Below, one piece after another: positions 52,860-64,000 of a stretch of 64,000 nucleotides of DNA (positions are counted from its first letter, which is position 1; each line of letters begins with the position of its first letter). The notes beneath the pieces were generated by a model. It was given only the letters and a program-made list of their open reading frames with translations. It was not told the DNA's origin and did not search any database. The DNA is from Octopus bimaculoides. Its lineage: Eukaryota. The stretch is from NCBI RefSeq assembly GCF_001194135.2, contig NC_068985.1, positions 43,243,772 to 43,307,771 of the forward strand, given 5' to 3'. A program made the translations under genes and the position numbers.

Positions 52860-55250
52860 TAAACATCTGCAATAAAATCTGGCAGATTTGTGAATGGCTA
52901 ACACCTTGGATTCAGTTAGTTATCATTGTGCTTCCCAAGAAACGTAATTTATGACAATACCAGAATTATTGCACCATCAGCAAGATAAACCATGTAAGCA
53001 AAGTAATTCTCAGTCATCCTGAATAGGCAAAAGATATCATTGCTGAAGAACAAGCAGGACTCTGTAAAAACAAATTTTCAACTTCCTTACCCTCTAATAT
53101 TTCCAACACCAAAAAGTGCTATACTATGTCTTTATAGACCTTCATTCTTAAAATTTTGTAGTGCTTTCTCTTTATAAATCTCTCTATCCTGTTAAACTAT
53201 AGATTTTAATGAAATGCAATTAGTCCAGTATAAAAATCATAAATATACAACTATTGCATGAATATAGGTGAATGTTGCTGATAAAGAATAATAATTATTG
53301 GTGTACATTGTGAATGTGATTGTCATGTGTTGTCATGTCATTTTTACCTACCAAGGTGGTTTAAATTCAATTAAGTTGACTACATGGTTAGGTTGATTAC
53401 TACCTGCCAAAATAGGTTAAATACAATTAAATTGATTAGATGTTTACAGATATATTTACAAGATATCAATTCCTGAGCATCAATTTCCTGTCTCAGAGCT
53501 GAACTTGTATGTACGTAGTCTCTGCAACTTGGAAGCGGCTCATCTTCCACTAGAAAAAGAATTCTGAGATATGTCTTCATCTCTATTCAAAGGTTTAGTA
53601 ATGGACCAACAGATTAGAGATATTTTCTCTTAATACTATAGTTACTATGTTCTCCTACAAAAAATATATCAATAACATTGTTGTTTTTTGCTTTTTTTTA
53701 AATCCTTACTAATGAAAGCATCAGTACAATATTAATTGCACGGCTATGCCATTCTTGCTCAGAATCAATAAATCATTTTGTTTGTGTTCATAGATGACAC
53801 TGAAATATCACTATTTGTCTTTTATTAATTAAATCATTAATAAATAGATAATCATAAATAAATCCTTAATCAATGATATCACTGAATTTGAACAGATTTA
53901 GGAATTATCTGCTATTATGCTTGTAAATTAAAGAAAGAAAAACCCAGAAAATTTCACTTGATAAACATAAATACATATGATATAAATTGAAAGTCTTCTC
54001 ACAAGAAGTTCTACTCAAAAAGAAGCTCAGAAGAGTGCTTAGTTACAGTTTTCAACTTTAGACAACATTGTTTCAAGTGTGGTTTCATGCAGTTTAGGTT
54101 TTGATGACATTTGCAGTATAGGTTTTAAGAGTCAAAATGCATTTGGGAGTGTCTGACATGATATTTTATGGACCACAATAAAAAAAATTCAACATTGAGC
54201 AGAAGCTGACTCATATTATTCAACAACTCTTTGCCAAGGCAACCAGTGTAGTTCTTAGACTGGGCACCATTGGAGAGTGGTTTCATACCATCATAGGAGT
54301 CTCCTCTTCCATGTTCTCTTTGACATTTTCTGGAGTGAATCATTAGCAATATTCTTGAAAACCATGTGGGAATAATCAGTATTGGAAGCAGAAACATAAA
54401 TATAAAATTTTGTAAATATGATGATAAGCTTTCAAAATTTTCACTCATCACCATTTCTTAACTTAGAATACACACATGTTTACACACCACTTTGAAATTG
54501 TAGTCAACAAATATGAGATTAGCTGATGACATCTTGATGGACTGGCAGGAAAGGAACATAATTTGTTGAATTAGTCAAGCACCTTGATAGAGCCTCCACC
54601 AAGAATGGAATGGAAATCAGTGCTGAAAATACCAAACCCATGACAAATGCCAATGGTGCCATCTTATCAGACATCTCTTTATAAGATCAGAAACAATAGT
54701 GCAGCAGATCATATCCCTGGGAGTAATTATTAATGGCAAAAGATCAAAACTTGATATCCCCCACAAGAACTACACAGACACCATCCTCAAACTAACTAAA
54801 TTTAAACCAGTATGGAAAGTTAAGAACATCACTATGAACAACAAACTCAGATTCCTGCCAGGATGTATGTTTGACATGGATTCTTGTGGCAGAAATTTGG
54901 AAGAAGATACAGGCATTGGAAAAGGAAGTGCTACTGCAACATCTCAAGTATTTCATACTTGGACATAATCACAAATGAACAGGTTCACAAAACCATTCAG
55001 TATCACATTGACTCCCATGAATTACTTCTCTTGACAATATAGAAAAGAAAAGGGTTTGGTTGTATAACATGGTCTAAAGGTTTTGCAAAATGCACTCTTC
55101 AAGGACCCATAGAACAGGAAAAAAGATGAGGTAGACAGGGGAAAATGGACAGACAACATCAAAGAATGGATGAGCAAATTGTTAGTGGAAACCCAAATTT
55201 TGGCACATGTCCACAACAGATGGAAAAAAACTGGTATATAATTTATCATG
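52860..55250 (+). mobile_element. Fragmented RTE-clade reverse transcriptase interrupted by younger insertions
   Basis: IIVLPKK..NYCTIS..DIIAEEQAG (52920-53060); AFGSV*HDILW..IGEWFHT (54135-54300); RLADD..MEISAENTK (54515-54640); KFKPVWK; TLQG..RGKWTDNIKEW (to about 55170). About 1 kb of unrelated sequence at 53160-54135. Confidence 0.75.
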
Positions 55251-56136
55251 ACAGTGCTTCTGATTCCATTAGTAATTTCAGGTGTCTAATACTATACATA
55301 CGTACGTACGTATGTATGTATGTCATTGTTCAATTTTATTTCAAGATGTCTTGCTAATAAAGAGCTGGTTTCTAACCTAATGTATGTATCAATCAATCAG
55401 TGGTATTAATGTTTTTGAAAATCCTTGCAGTGCTACTAATTTCTCAGGTTGATAAATTATTTTCTCTATATCCCTTATTCTGTTCCTTCTTTTTGCCATT
55501 TATTTCTTCTTATATCCACCCTAACTGAAGTATATAGTCCTCCATTCCCCACATATTGTCACCTTACCTGAATTTCTCTCTCCTAACATACATACATACA
55601 TACACTATCATTCTACCTGATGCATTGTCCCTCCTCTTCATCACCCCACTTGAAGTTATAGTCTTCCTCTCCACACTTACACAAACGGTAGACAACTTAT
55701 ATTGCACTGTTACTAATCAATAATATACCAATTGGTTACTGTAGTAACTATAATTAATAACTTATTTCATAAATATCATAACTTATTTCATCATTCTAAT
55801 GTTAATTATAATCCAGGAGGTATGTGTTTAGCCAAGGACTGAGGACTGACTTCATCACACAAGTCTCAGTTATAGCCTAGGATCATAGTCACATATTTCA
55901 TTATTATAATGTGATTATATGTATAGTCAAGGAATGAGAGTCTGCAGTCTTTGAAGCCTTTAAGTACAACCTTTTAGAAGTGTCTGAATTTTACCTTTAA
56001 AAATGTATCTTTATTCATTATTCAGTACCAGATCAAGTAATCTTTGATAATTGCTTTCTGTTAGTATCAGTTAGATACTCCAAACTAATTAGTAAGCAGC
56101 TTTTTGTCGTCGTCGTCGTCATTATTATTATTATTA

Positions 56137-56675
56137 TTCGAGTGAGATCGTTGCCAGTGCCCCTGGGCTGGCTTGTGCGGGTGGCACATAAAAGACACCA
56201 TTTCGAGCGTGGCCATTTTCGTGCGGGTGACACGTAAAAGCACCCACTACACTCTCTGAGTGGTTGGCGTTAGGAAGGGCATCCAGCTGTAGAAACTCTG
56301 CCAAATTAGATTGGAGCCTGGTGTTGCCATCCGGTTTCACCAGTCCTCAGTCAAATCGTCCAACCCATGCTAGCATGGAAAGCGGACGTTAAACGATGAT
56401 GATGATGATGATGATGATTATTATTATTATTATTATTATTGTTGCCAGTATCACCTGACTGGCCTTCGTGCCGGTGACACGTAAAAGCACCTACTACACT
56501 CTCGGAGTGGTTGGAGTTAGGAAGGGCATCCAGCTGTAGAAACTCTGCCAGATCAGATTGGAGCCTGGTGTAGCCTTCGGGTTCCACCAGTCCTCAGTCA
56601 AACCGTCCAACCCATGCTAGCATGGAAAACGGATGTTAAACGATGATGATGATGATGATTATTATTATTATTAAG
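56137..56675 (+). mobile_element. Two tandem RTE 3'-end fragments, each followed by (GAT)n(TAT)n
   Basis: Copies at about 56137-56415 and 56445-56660 share the GGAAGGGCATCCAGCTGTAGAAACTCTGCC core and the tail. Confidence 0.8.
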
Positions 56676-56900
56676 GCAGCAAGTTGGCAGAAACATTAGC
56701 ACACCCGGGCGAAATGCTTAGTGGTATTTCTTTTGTCTTTACATTCTGTGTTCAAATTCCGCCTAGGTTGACTTTGCCTTTCATCCTTTTGAGGGTCAAT
56801 AAATTAAGTACCAGTTGCATACTGAAGTCAACTACCCCCCCCCCCCNNNNNNNNNNCCCCCCTTCAAAAAAAATTCAGGCCTTGTGCCTAGAGTGGAAAC

Positions 56901-56946
<46 letters not shown>

Positions 56947-57040
56947 GATTATATGATTGTGAGGTTCTGAAATTGTGAAAAAAACATCTATAGGTACAAG
57001 TTTATATTCATAATTCTTTAAATATTTATATACATTTTTA

Positions 57041-57240
57041 CAATAAATATTATTACATTCTCACAAGCAATTACATTTTCACAAGAAATGTAATTTATAT
57101 TTTCACAATAAATAGAATTACATTTTCGCAATAAATGTAATTAAATTTTTACAATAAATATAATTACGCTTTTCCAATAAATGTAATTACATTGTCACAA
57201 TAAATGAAATTACATTCTCACAATAAATGTAACTACATTG
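57041..57240. repeat. 23-bp minisatellite with palindromic core
   Basis: About 9 units of CAATAAATGTAATTACATTTTCA. Confidence 0.85.
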
Positions 57241-58271
57241 TTTTCTATTCTGTTACTAACTTCATTCATTAAGTATGAAGGGACACCACCTTCTAGTGTG
57301 TTAGTCAGTCAAATGTCAATTCAGTCTGGTATTTGTTTTATCAAATCTAATTGTCAAACTGCTAAGTTACAGGACATAAAGAGATTCACAAACAGAGAAC
57401 AGTGGTTTTTAGATAGATATGAATATATACACACATTTAAATATATATTTCATCATCATCCTCATCTGTCTTCCATGCTGGCATGAATTGGATAGTTTGA
57501 CAAGATCTAACAAACAGGAGGACTGTGTTGGTTTCCAATGTCTGTTTTGGCATGGTTTTATGGCTGGATGTATTTCCTAATACCATGCACTTCACAATGT
57601 ACTGGGAGCTTTTTTTAATATTTTTTGGTAACATCAGTACTAGTGAGGTCACCAAATAACTTGCTAAACAAAGAAGAGACCTTTGATTGAGTGGCGTTGT
57701 AGTCGAGGAGGAGGCAGCTTTATGTCGGATGTTTGAAGGGCTAAAGTATGATAGAGGGATAGGCACAGATACATGGCTACCCTGTATTATATAAGGGTGG
57801 GTAGAGGTAAATGGAAAGAAGACAATGATTGTGATGACAAATTATCACAATGTACTCCCATGTTGCAAAAAGGTGGGTGTAAGAGAGAATATGGGAAAAA
57901 AAATCTGGAAATGTGGATAGATAAGTTCATTAAAGTGTAAGAGGAAAGTGACTGATGGTTTAATGATGGGCTTTGTGTATATACATACATACAAACATGT
58001 ATGTATATATGTGTGTGTTACTGTCTCTTTGCTTTCACTTCACATGATAGTCACAAAAGAATTGTTAATGCCATGCGAGCGGTTTCTTCATTTGCAGTCT
58101 TCCATGAAAACATGTCTTGTCATGGAAGAATGTTACCTTACTTGGACACGGGTGAGGGTTTGGAACAAAAGGGCATCCAACCATAAAAAAAAAATCAATC
58201 TCAACAAATTCCATCCAACCCATACAAGCATGAAAAATTGGACATTAAATCAGTGAATACATACACACACA

Positions 58272-58320
<49 letters not shown>

Positions 58321-59584
58321 AACATGCCTCTGCATAACTGTCATTCACCAGATTTCATTCACAAGGCATTGGTGTCCAAGTTCCCACACTGTTGGATTCA
58401 ACCCAGATCTATGTGTTTGTTGCTTGTGAAGTAAACTATTTAACCACATAGACATGCCTGCACCTATATTTAACCCTTTATTATTAATATTTCTCTCTCA
58501 AATGTATTGCCTATTCATTCATGTTGTTTTGAATTAATTATGCATTATCTTGCAGCCTTGAGATTTCAATGATGTAGGGGTTTAGAATTAGAATAATGGA
58601 TCTTTTCTGTTTGGCTGCCACTTTTCAATTTCTTCAATTTTTGTTCCAATTGATTTCATATTTGGCATATTGGTGTAGTTTTGTAAAGTAATCATTAACA
58701 TGAAATTCATTTTCCTCATACATCAAAAAATAAAGAGTTAATAGCTTTTAAAGTTTGCAAATTTTGGGTAATTTTAGCCAGTTGAAAGCCACAGACATAT
58801 AGGTCCCTGTTTACATCGTAACAAGCCAAGCTGTTACCAAGCTCCTTACCACATTTCTTTTTGTTGCTTATTAAATGCTTAAAACACATGCCATATGAGG
58901 TGATGAGATGTGCTAAAAATAACAGCTAAATAGGCCTTAAATCATGCATTAACATTTTTTTTGGTGGGTTGCGTAATTGTATGAATTCCTGTGTGTAGAA
59001 TTCAAATTTGCCAAAATTTTCAGAAAATTCCAAAAAATAAAAAGTTATGAGGGGTTGGGTTATATGCTGTGCATAAAGCAGAATTTTGCCAATATTTAAT
59101 TTGTTTACAGTTGACAACCTGTGCTGTCACACACACACAATGACAGTTTCCAAATCCTGTTTTCTGACTGGATAAAAATATCAAAATTTAAACCTCTGTA
59201 ACTGTTTTAAAAAAGTTTTCTAGAAAAAGTGAATTATCACCTGAGATTCAGTGAGGAAAATTACATCAATACACCAAATTTTTAAATTTTTACAACACTT
59301 TGAAATTTCCACAGGTGCAGCCAAACGGAAAAGATCCAGATTAACATTGTAGGCTAGGTATGAAAGGTTGGATCTGGCCAGTTTGAACATACAATAGGTA
59401 GAATATTTGGACCTGATATGGCTAGCTTAAATACTAAAGGGTTAATATAAATCTGTTAAACCCTTTTGATACCAACCCATCCAAGATTATCCCTGGCTCT
59501 GTGGTACAAATTTCATGATTTAAAGTGATTCAAATTAAAACTATCAGTCAAAATTTCATTTTATGTTCCAAACACTGGCTTAAT

Positions 59585-59780
59585 ACTCTTTTACTTGTTT
59601 CAGTCATTTGACTGCGGCCATGCTGGAGCACTGCCTTTTAGCCAAGCAAATCGACCCCAGGACTTATTCTTTGTAAGCCTAGTACTTATTCTATCGGTCT
59701 CTTTTTGCCAAACCGCTAAGTTACGGAGACGTAAACACACCAGCATTGGTTGTCAAGCAATGGTGGGAGGACAAACACAA

Positions 59781-59811
<31 letters not shown>

Positions 59812-59982
59812 CATATATACGACGGGCTTCTTTCAGTTTCCGTCTACCAAATCCACTCACAAGGCTTTGGTCGGCCCGAGGCTATAGTAGAAGACACTTG
59901 CCCAAGGTGCCATGCAGTGGGACTGAACCCGGAACCATGTGGCTGGTAAGCAAGCTACTTACCACATAGCCACTCCTGCGCC
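59585..59982 (-). mobile_element. SINE family A copy, full length
   Basis: Complete head-to-tail reverse-complement match to the family. Confidence 0.8.
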
Positions 59983-60916
59983 TATATAATATCAGTCTAT
60001 ACTGATAATGTTATTTTTAAAAAATTCTTTTTTATTTTCAAAATTAATTGAAATAATGGTAGTGTTTTTGAACAGAAATATGGTAACAAAAGGATTAAAT
60101 CAGCCTTCTGTTATACACAAGCACAGTGTGGTGAATTGGCTGGAAACTAAATAACTTCTATGTGACATTTTTATATTGAGTCTCCTTGTGTGTGTGTGTG
60201 GCAGGAGATTCTTTTCAACTCTTACAATGTTTAATTCACCGTTATAAATTACAGGTATAAAAAAAAAATAGAAAATGCATAATTTTTTTTTTTGTAAACA
60301 TGAATGAAAACCCCTCCAATTGCTACAATGAAATTTAGCAATTTCTTGCTTTTTTTTTTTTCCTTTTGTGTTGAGCTGGGTCATTCTTTGTGTTACTTAT
60401 CCTGTTATCTATTTTTTTTCTCATTGTTCACGTAACCTGTTTGTTTTCATACTTCATGTTGTTTGCAGTTGGTGACGTCCTGTACCCATATATGCATACA
60501 CACACACACACATTATAATAGAAACTCAGGCCACCACATATAAACAGCAGATGTTTGCATAGCTGGTGAACCAGCTGCCTTCTGTTGGCTGGTTGGCTGG
60601 TTTGTTGGTTGGGTACCACCTGATTATAAACTATTATATATACAAGGCTGGTGGTAGTCTCCTACTTTCATACTAACATGATTCACTGCTACTCTTCTAT
60701 TTTAGAGAAAAGTTTACAGTTAAGGATCTTCTTTTCCAGTGAATGTTTCAGTATTTCTGTTATTTAAAATTAACTTGATATACTGAAGCACTTATATGCT
60801 ATTAAAAGCTATTAATACTTATATATAGATATATATAATAAAGTTATCATATTTATACATATATCATATATCATCATCATCGTCATCATTTAACATCTGT
60901 TTTCCATGCTGGCATG

Positions 60917-61132
60917 TACAAGGGGCGTTGAAAAGTTCCTTTAAGGGTATTGTGAAAGGCCTGGTTGGACGCCCAACTATCCAAGTTCTTTTATAGGGCT
61001 TAGAAAAACTGAAGGTCCGTTGCAGTAAGTGTGTGAATCTGAGAAGTGAATATGTTAAATAAAATCATAATTGTCTGATCCTCTTGTATTTTCTTTTACC
61101 CAAAACCAGGAACTTTTGAGCACCCCCTCATG
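60917..61132 (+). mobile_element. Mariner-derived MITE
   Basis: TIR-like ends. The interior reads GLEKLKVRCSKCVNLRSEYVK*, a typical mariner transposase C-terminus. Confidence 0.7.
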
Positions 61133-61245
61133 CATATATAGTTATNNNNNNNNNNNNNNNNNNNNNNNNNNNNNNNNNNNNNNNNNNNNNNNNNNNNNNN
61201 NNNNNNNNNNNNNNNNNNNNNNNNNNNNNNNNNNNNNTATATATA

Positions 61246-61640
61246 GGCGTGGCTGTGTGGTAAGAAGCTTGTGTCCTAACTACATGGTTCTGAGTTCAGT
61301 CCTATTGTGTGCAAATGTCTTCTACTATTTTTTCTACAATGGCCTCAGACCGACCAAGTGTCTTCTACTATAGCCTCAGGCTGACCAAAGCCTTGTGAAT
61401 GGATTTGGTAGATGGAAACTGAAAGAAGCCTGTCATATATGTGTGTGTTTGTCCCCCAACCATTGCTTGACAACTGATGCTGGTGTGTTTATGTCCCCAT
61501 AACTTAACAGTTCAGCAAAATAGACCTATAGAATAAGTACTAGGCTTACAAAGAATAAGTCCCAGGGTCAAGTTCTTGGACTAAAACCTGCATGGCTGCA
61601 GTCAAATGACTGAAACAAGTAAAAGAATTAAAGAATAAAA
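61246..61640 (+). mobile_element. SINE family A copy
   Basis: Homology to 24115-24503, with an internal ~25 bp duplication. Confidence 0.7.
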
Positions 61641-62404
61641 GAATATGCTGATTCACCAAAAGTGATAAATTACAGTACGCAATACAAGTGTATAGTAGTC
61701 TTTAATACATTATAACTGAAAGGCTCCTATTTCCACCAGTATTCTGAGTTAGTTCTTTCCAGTAATCTGTTTCCTTTTGAAATATTCACTGTTTGAAATA
61801 TGAAATGCAAGTTTATCTTTGTCTTTCTGTTTATAAAAAGGAAACCTTGTGTGTGACACATCCAAAAATAGCTGCTTGAAACTCATAATGTTTTTGATTT
61901 CATTTCTGGTTCTCATGGGAGTAGTCTAAATGTCTTAAACTTCATACAAGCAAAGTCACTAATAATTTTCCTCATGAAATTGTATTGTTATTTAAGTAAT
62001 ATTTTAATGTAACAGTTATATGCAATACATTTAGTACATATTTTGTGTGGTTGTGTAGATGCATACATATATATATATATGCACACTTATATGCCCATAT
62101 ATGATTATATTTACATGCATATATAATCATATATATGTATGCATATATACACATATGCACACATACATGTTAAGCATATATTAAACATTTTAAAATCAAT
62201 GTTTTTCTGAACCTGAATGAAATTCAAGGAGGCTGGTATTTATATAAAAGATACTTGGCCCCATATATACATGGCAGTAACAACTCCTTTCTTTTATCCA
62301 GTTATTACTACCTTGAGTCATAATTATTAATTTTTCACTTAACCAAAGGTCGCACCATATTTTTTATTTGAAGCTACTGTTCCTGTATGGTTGCACCCTA
62401 TCTT

Positions 62405-62700
62405 ATTCAGCTCACGATCGTAAGGTCATGAGTTCAATTCCCGGCAATGTGTTGTGTCCTTGAGCAAGACATTTTATTTCACATTGCTCCAGTTCACTCA
62501 GCTGGCAAAAATGAGTATTACCTGTATTTCAAAGGACCAGCCTTGTCACACACTGTGTCATGCTGAATCTCCTTGAGAGCTACTTTAAGTGTACACGTGT
62601 CTGTGGATGCTCAGCCACATTAACGTTAGTTTCATGAGCAGACTGTTCCACTGGAACCCTGATCGTCATAACTGACTGAGTGCCAATGCACCCTATCTAC
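62405..62700 (+). mobile_element. SINE sharing the family B head/core with a different tail
   Basis: GAGTTCAATTCCC..TGTCCTTGAGCAAGACATTTTATTTCACATTGCTCCAG shared, then divergent. Confidence 0.55.
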
Positions 62701-63943
62701 AATCAGCTGGGTAATTTTGAATTTGTGAGGACTTGTCTCACACAAGATCCATATAAATTTTAGCAAAGCTGTAGTGTATTTTCTTTCAAGGCTGACAAAT
62801 GAATGTTTGCGCTTATAAAAATGGTTTTCAAACATGAGTTCTGTTGCCTCTATATATATTCTAAGTTCATCTTTGCTGTTTGTTTCTACCTTGGTTCTGT
62901 ATACTATCAATTTTACCAGACAGTTACCATCTAGTGGATAGTTCTCACAAATTCACAAACACATAATTATTATATGTTTAATATGTGTGTGGTGTGTGTC
63001 TGTGCATGTATGCAATTGTGTATATATGCATATGTGTATATGCATACATATATAAATTACATGTATGTATATATATATGTGTGTGTGTGTGTGCATACGT
63101 ATGTATATATGCATCTACACAGGTGCACACAAAAGGCACATATGCACTGACATTCATTGCTTTTAAAAGTAGTATTTTAAGACATATCTTAAGCAACAAT
63201 GCAATTGTTATGAGAGTTGTTAGAGTAACTTCACTCATACGAAGTTTAAGTCTTTGGCATATTCCCATGAGAACCAGAAATGTGAGCTTAAAGTAGCTTT
63301 TATTGCATGTGTCACTAACCAGGTTTTCAACGACTGATTATATCTGCTGTCTGTTTTGCTTCCAATATAAGAGTTGAATTCATGTAGACTTTCCCCACTA
63401 AAGGATTTTTTTCACCATTCATCTAATAATTCAGCAGTTGCATGCTGATTTGTTTGTTATGGTCAAATTTTTTACTGTTAAGTTTTCATACCAGTAGCCA
63501 TTTGTTAATTTTTTGGTATGTGTGTTGTTTCTACGGTCTATGCATGTTGCAAATACTCACCTGTTTCAAAGCAAGGAAATATTCCCAATGGCCTGACATG
63601 TTTTCACAAAAGATTACAAATGAAGGACGCCTCGTATGTCTTGGTGGCATTCATTTACAAAATCTTTTCACGACAAGAAGACACAAACATGTAAGCATGC
63701 ATGCACACATGCACACACACACACACACACACATAATACATCATAATCATCCTCGTTTAACATCCAGCTGGCTTGGGTTAGGTGGTTTGACAGGATCCAA
63801 CATATCTGAAGAGTGCATCATGCTCCAATGTCTGCATTGACATGGTTTCAATGGCAGGAAGCATTTCTTACACTAGCCACTTTACAACATATACATAATA
63901 TATATGTAAGCATGTATGTGTGTGTGTGTGTATATATATATAC

Positions 63944-64000
<57 letters not shown>

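Noticed and set aside
57238-57330. Candidate PSMG4 exon 2 (TACTAAC branch-like site, then YEGTPPSSVLV...)
   Set aside because: The only nearby AG would duplicate the Tyr codon already in exon 1, and the peptide lacks the expected PSMG4 residues.
63550-63615. Minus-strand CAG|GTGAGT donor suggesting an exon
   Set aside because: The sequence matches a dispersed repeat also present near 29040-29080 and 58110-58160.

Overview
AT-rich animal genomic DNA with seven N gaps. The repeat families and intron sizes look like an octopod cephalopod, which is an inference. Two protein-coding genes lie head-to-head. (1) A complete 4-exon beta-tubulin on the minus strand (CDS 33392-33336, 17586-17478, 16567-16212, 13690-12878; 444 aa; all introns GT-AG; intron 1 about 15.7 kb). 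It has a TATA+Inr core promoter, an RFX X-box-like palindrome and an axonemal-type EGEFEEE tail. (2) The first coding exon of a PSMG4/PAC4 proteasome assembly chaperone on the plus strand (34652-34831). I could not find its later exons. Most of the rest is transposon-derived: a near-full-length dead CRE-clade retrotransposon with an N-terminal PHD finger, RTE LINE fragments, an R4/Dong-like fragment, an internally deleted mariner, several MITE families, tRNA-derived SINEs, foldback hairpins and mini/microsatellites. I see no evidence of a wholly new biological system. The best leads are a probable cilium-regulated tubulin sharing a divergent promoter with a proteasome chaperone, the PHD-bearing CRE element, and near-identical inverted repeats that could form dsRNA editing substrates.
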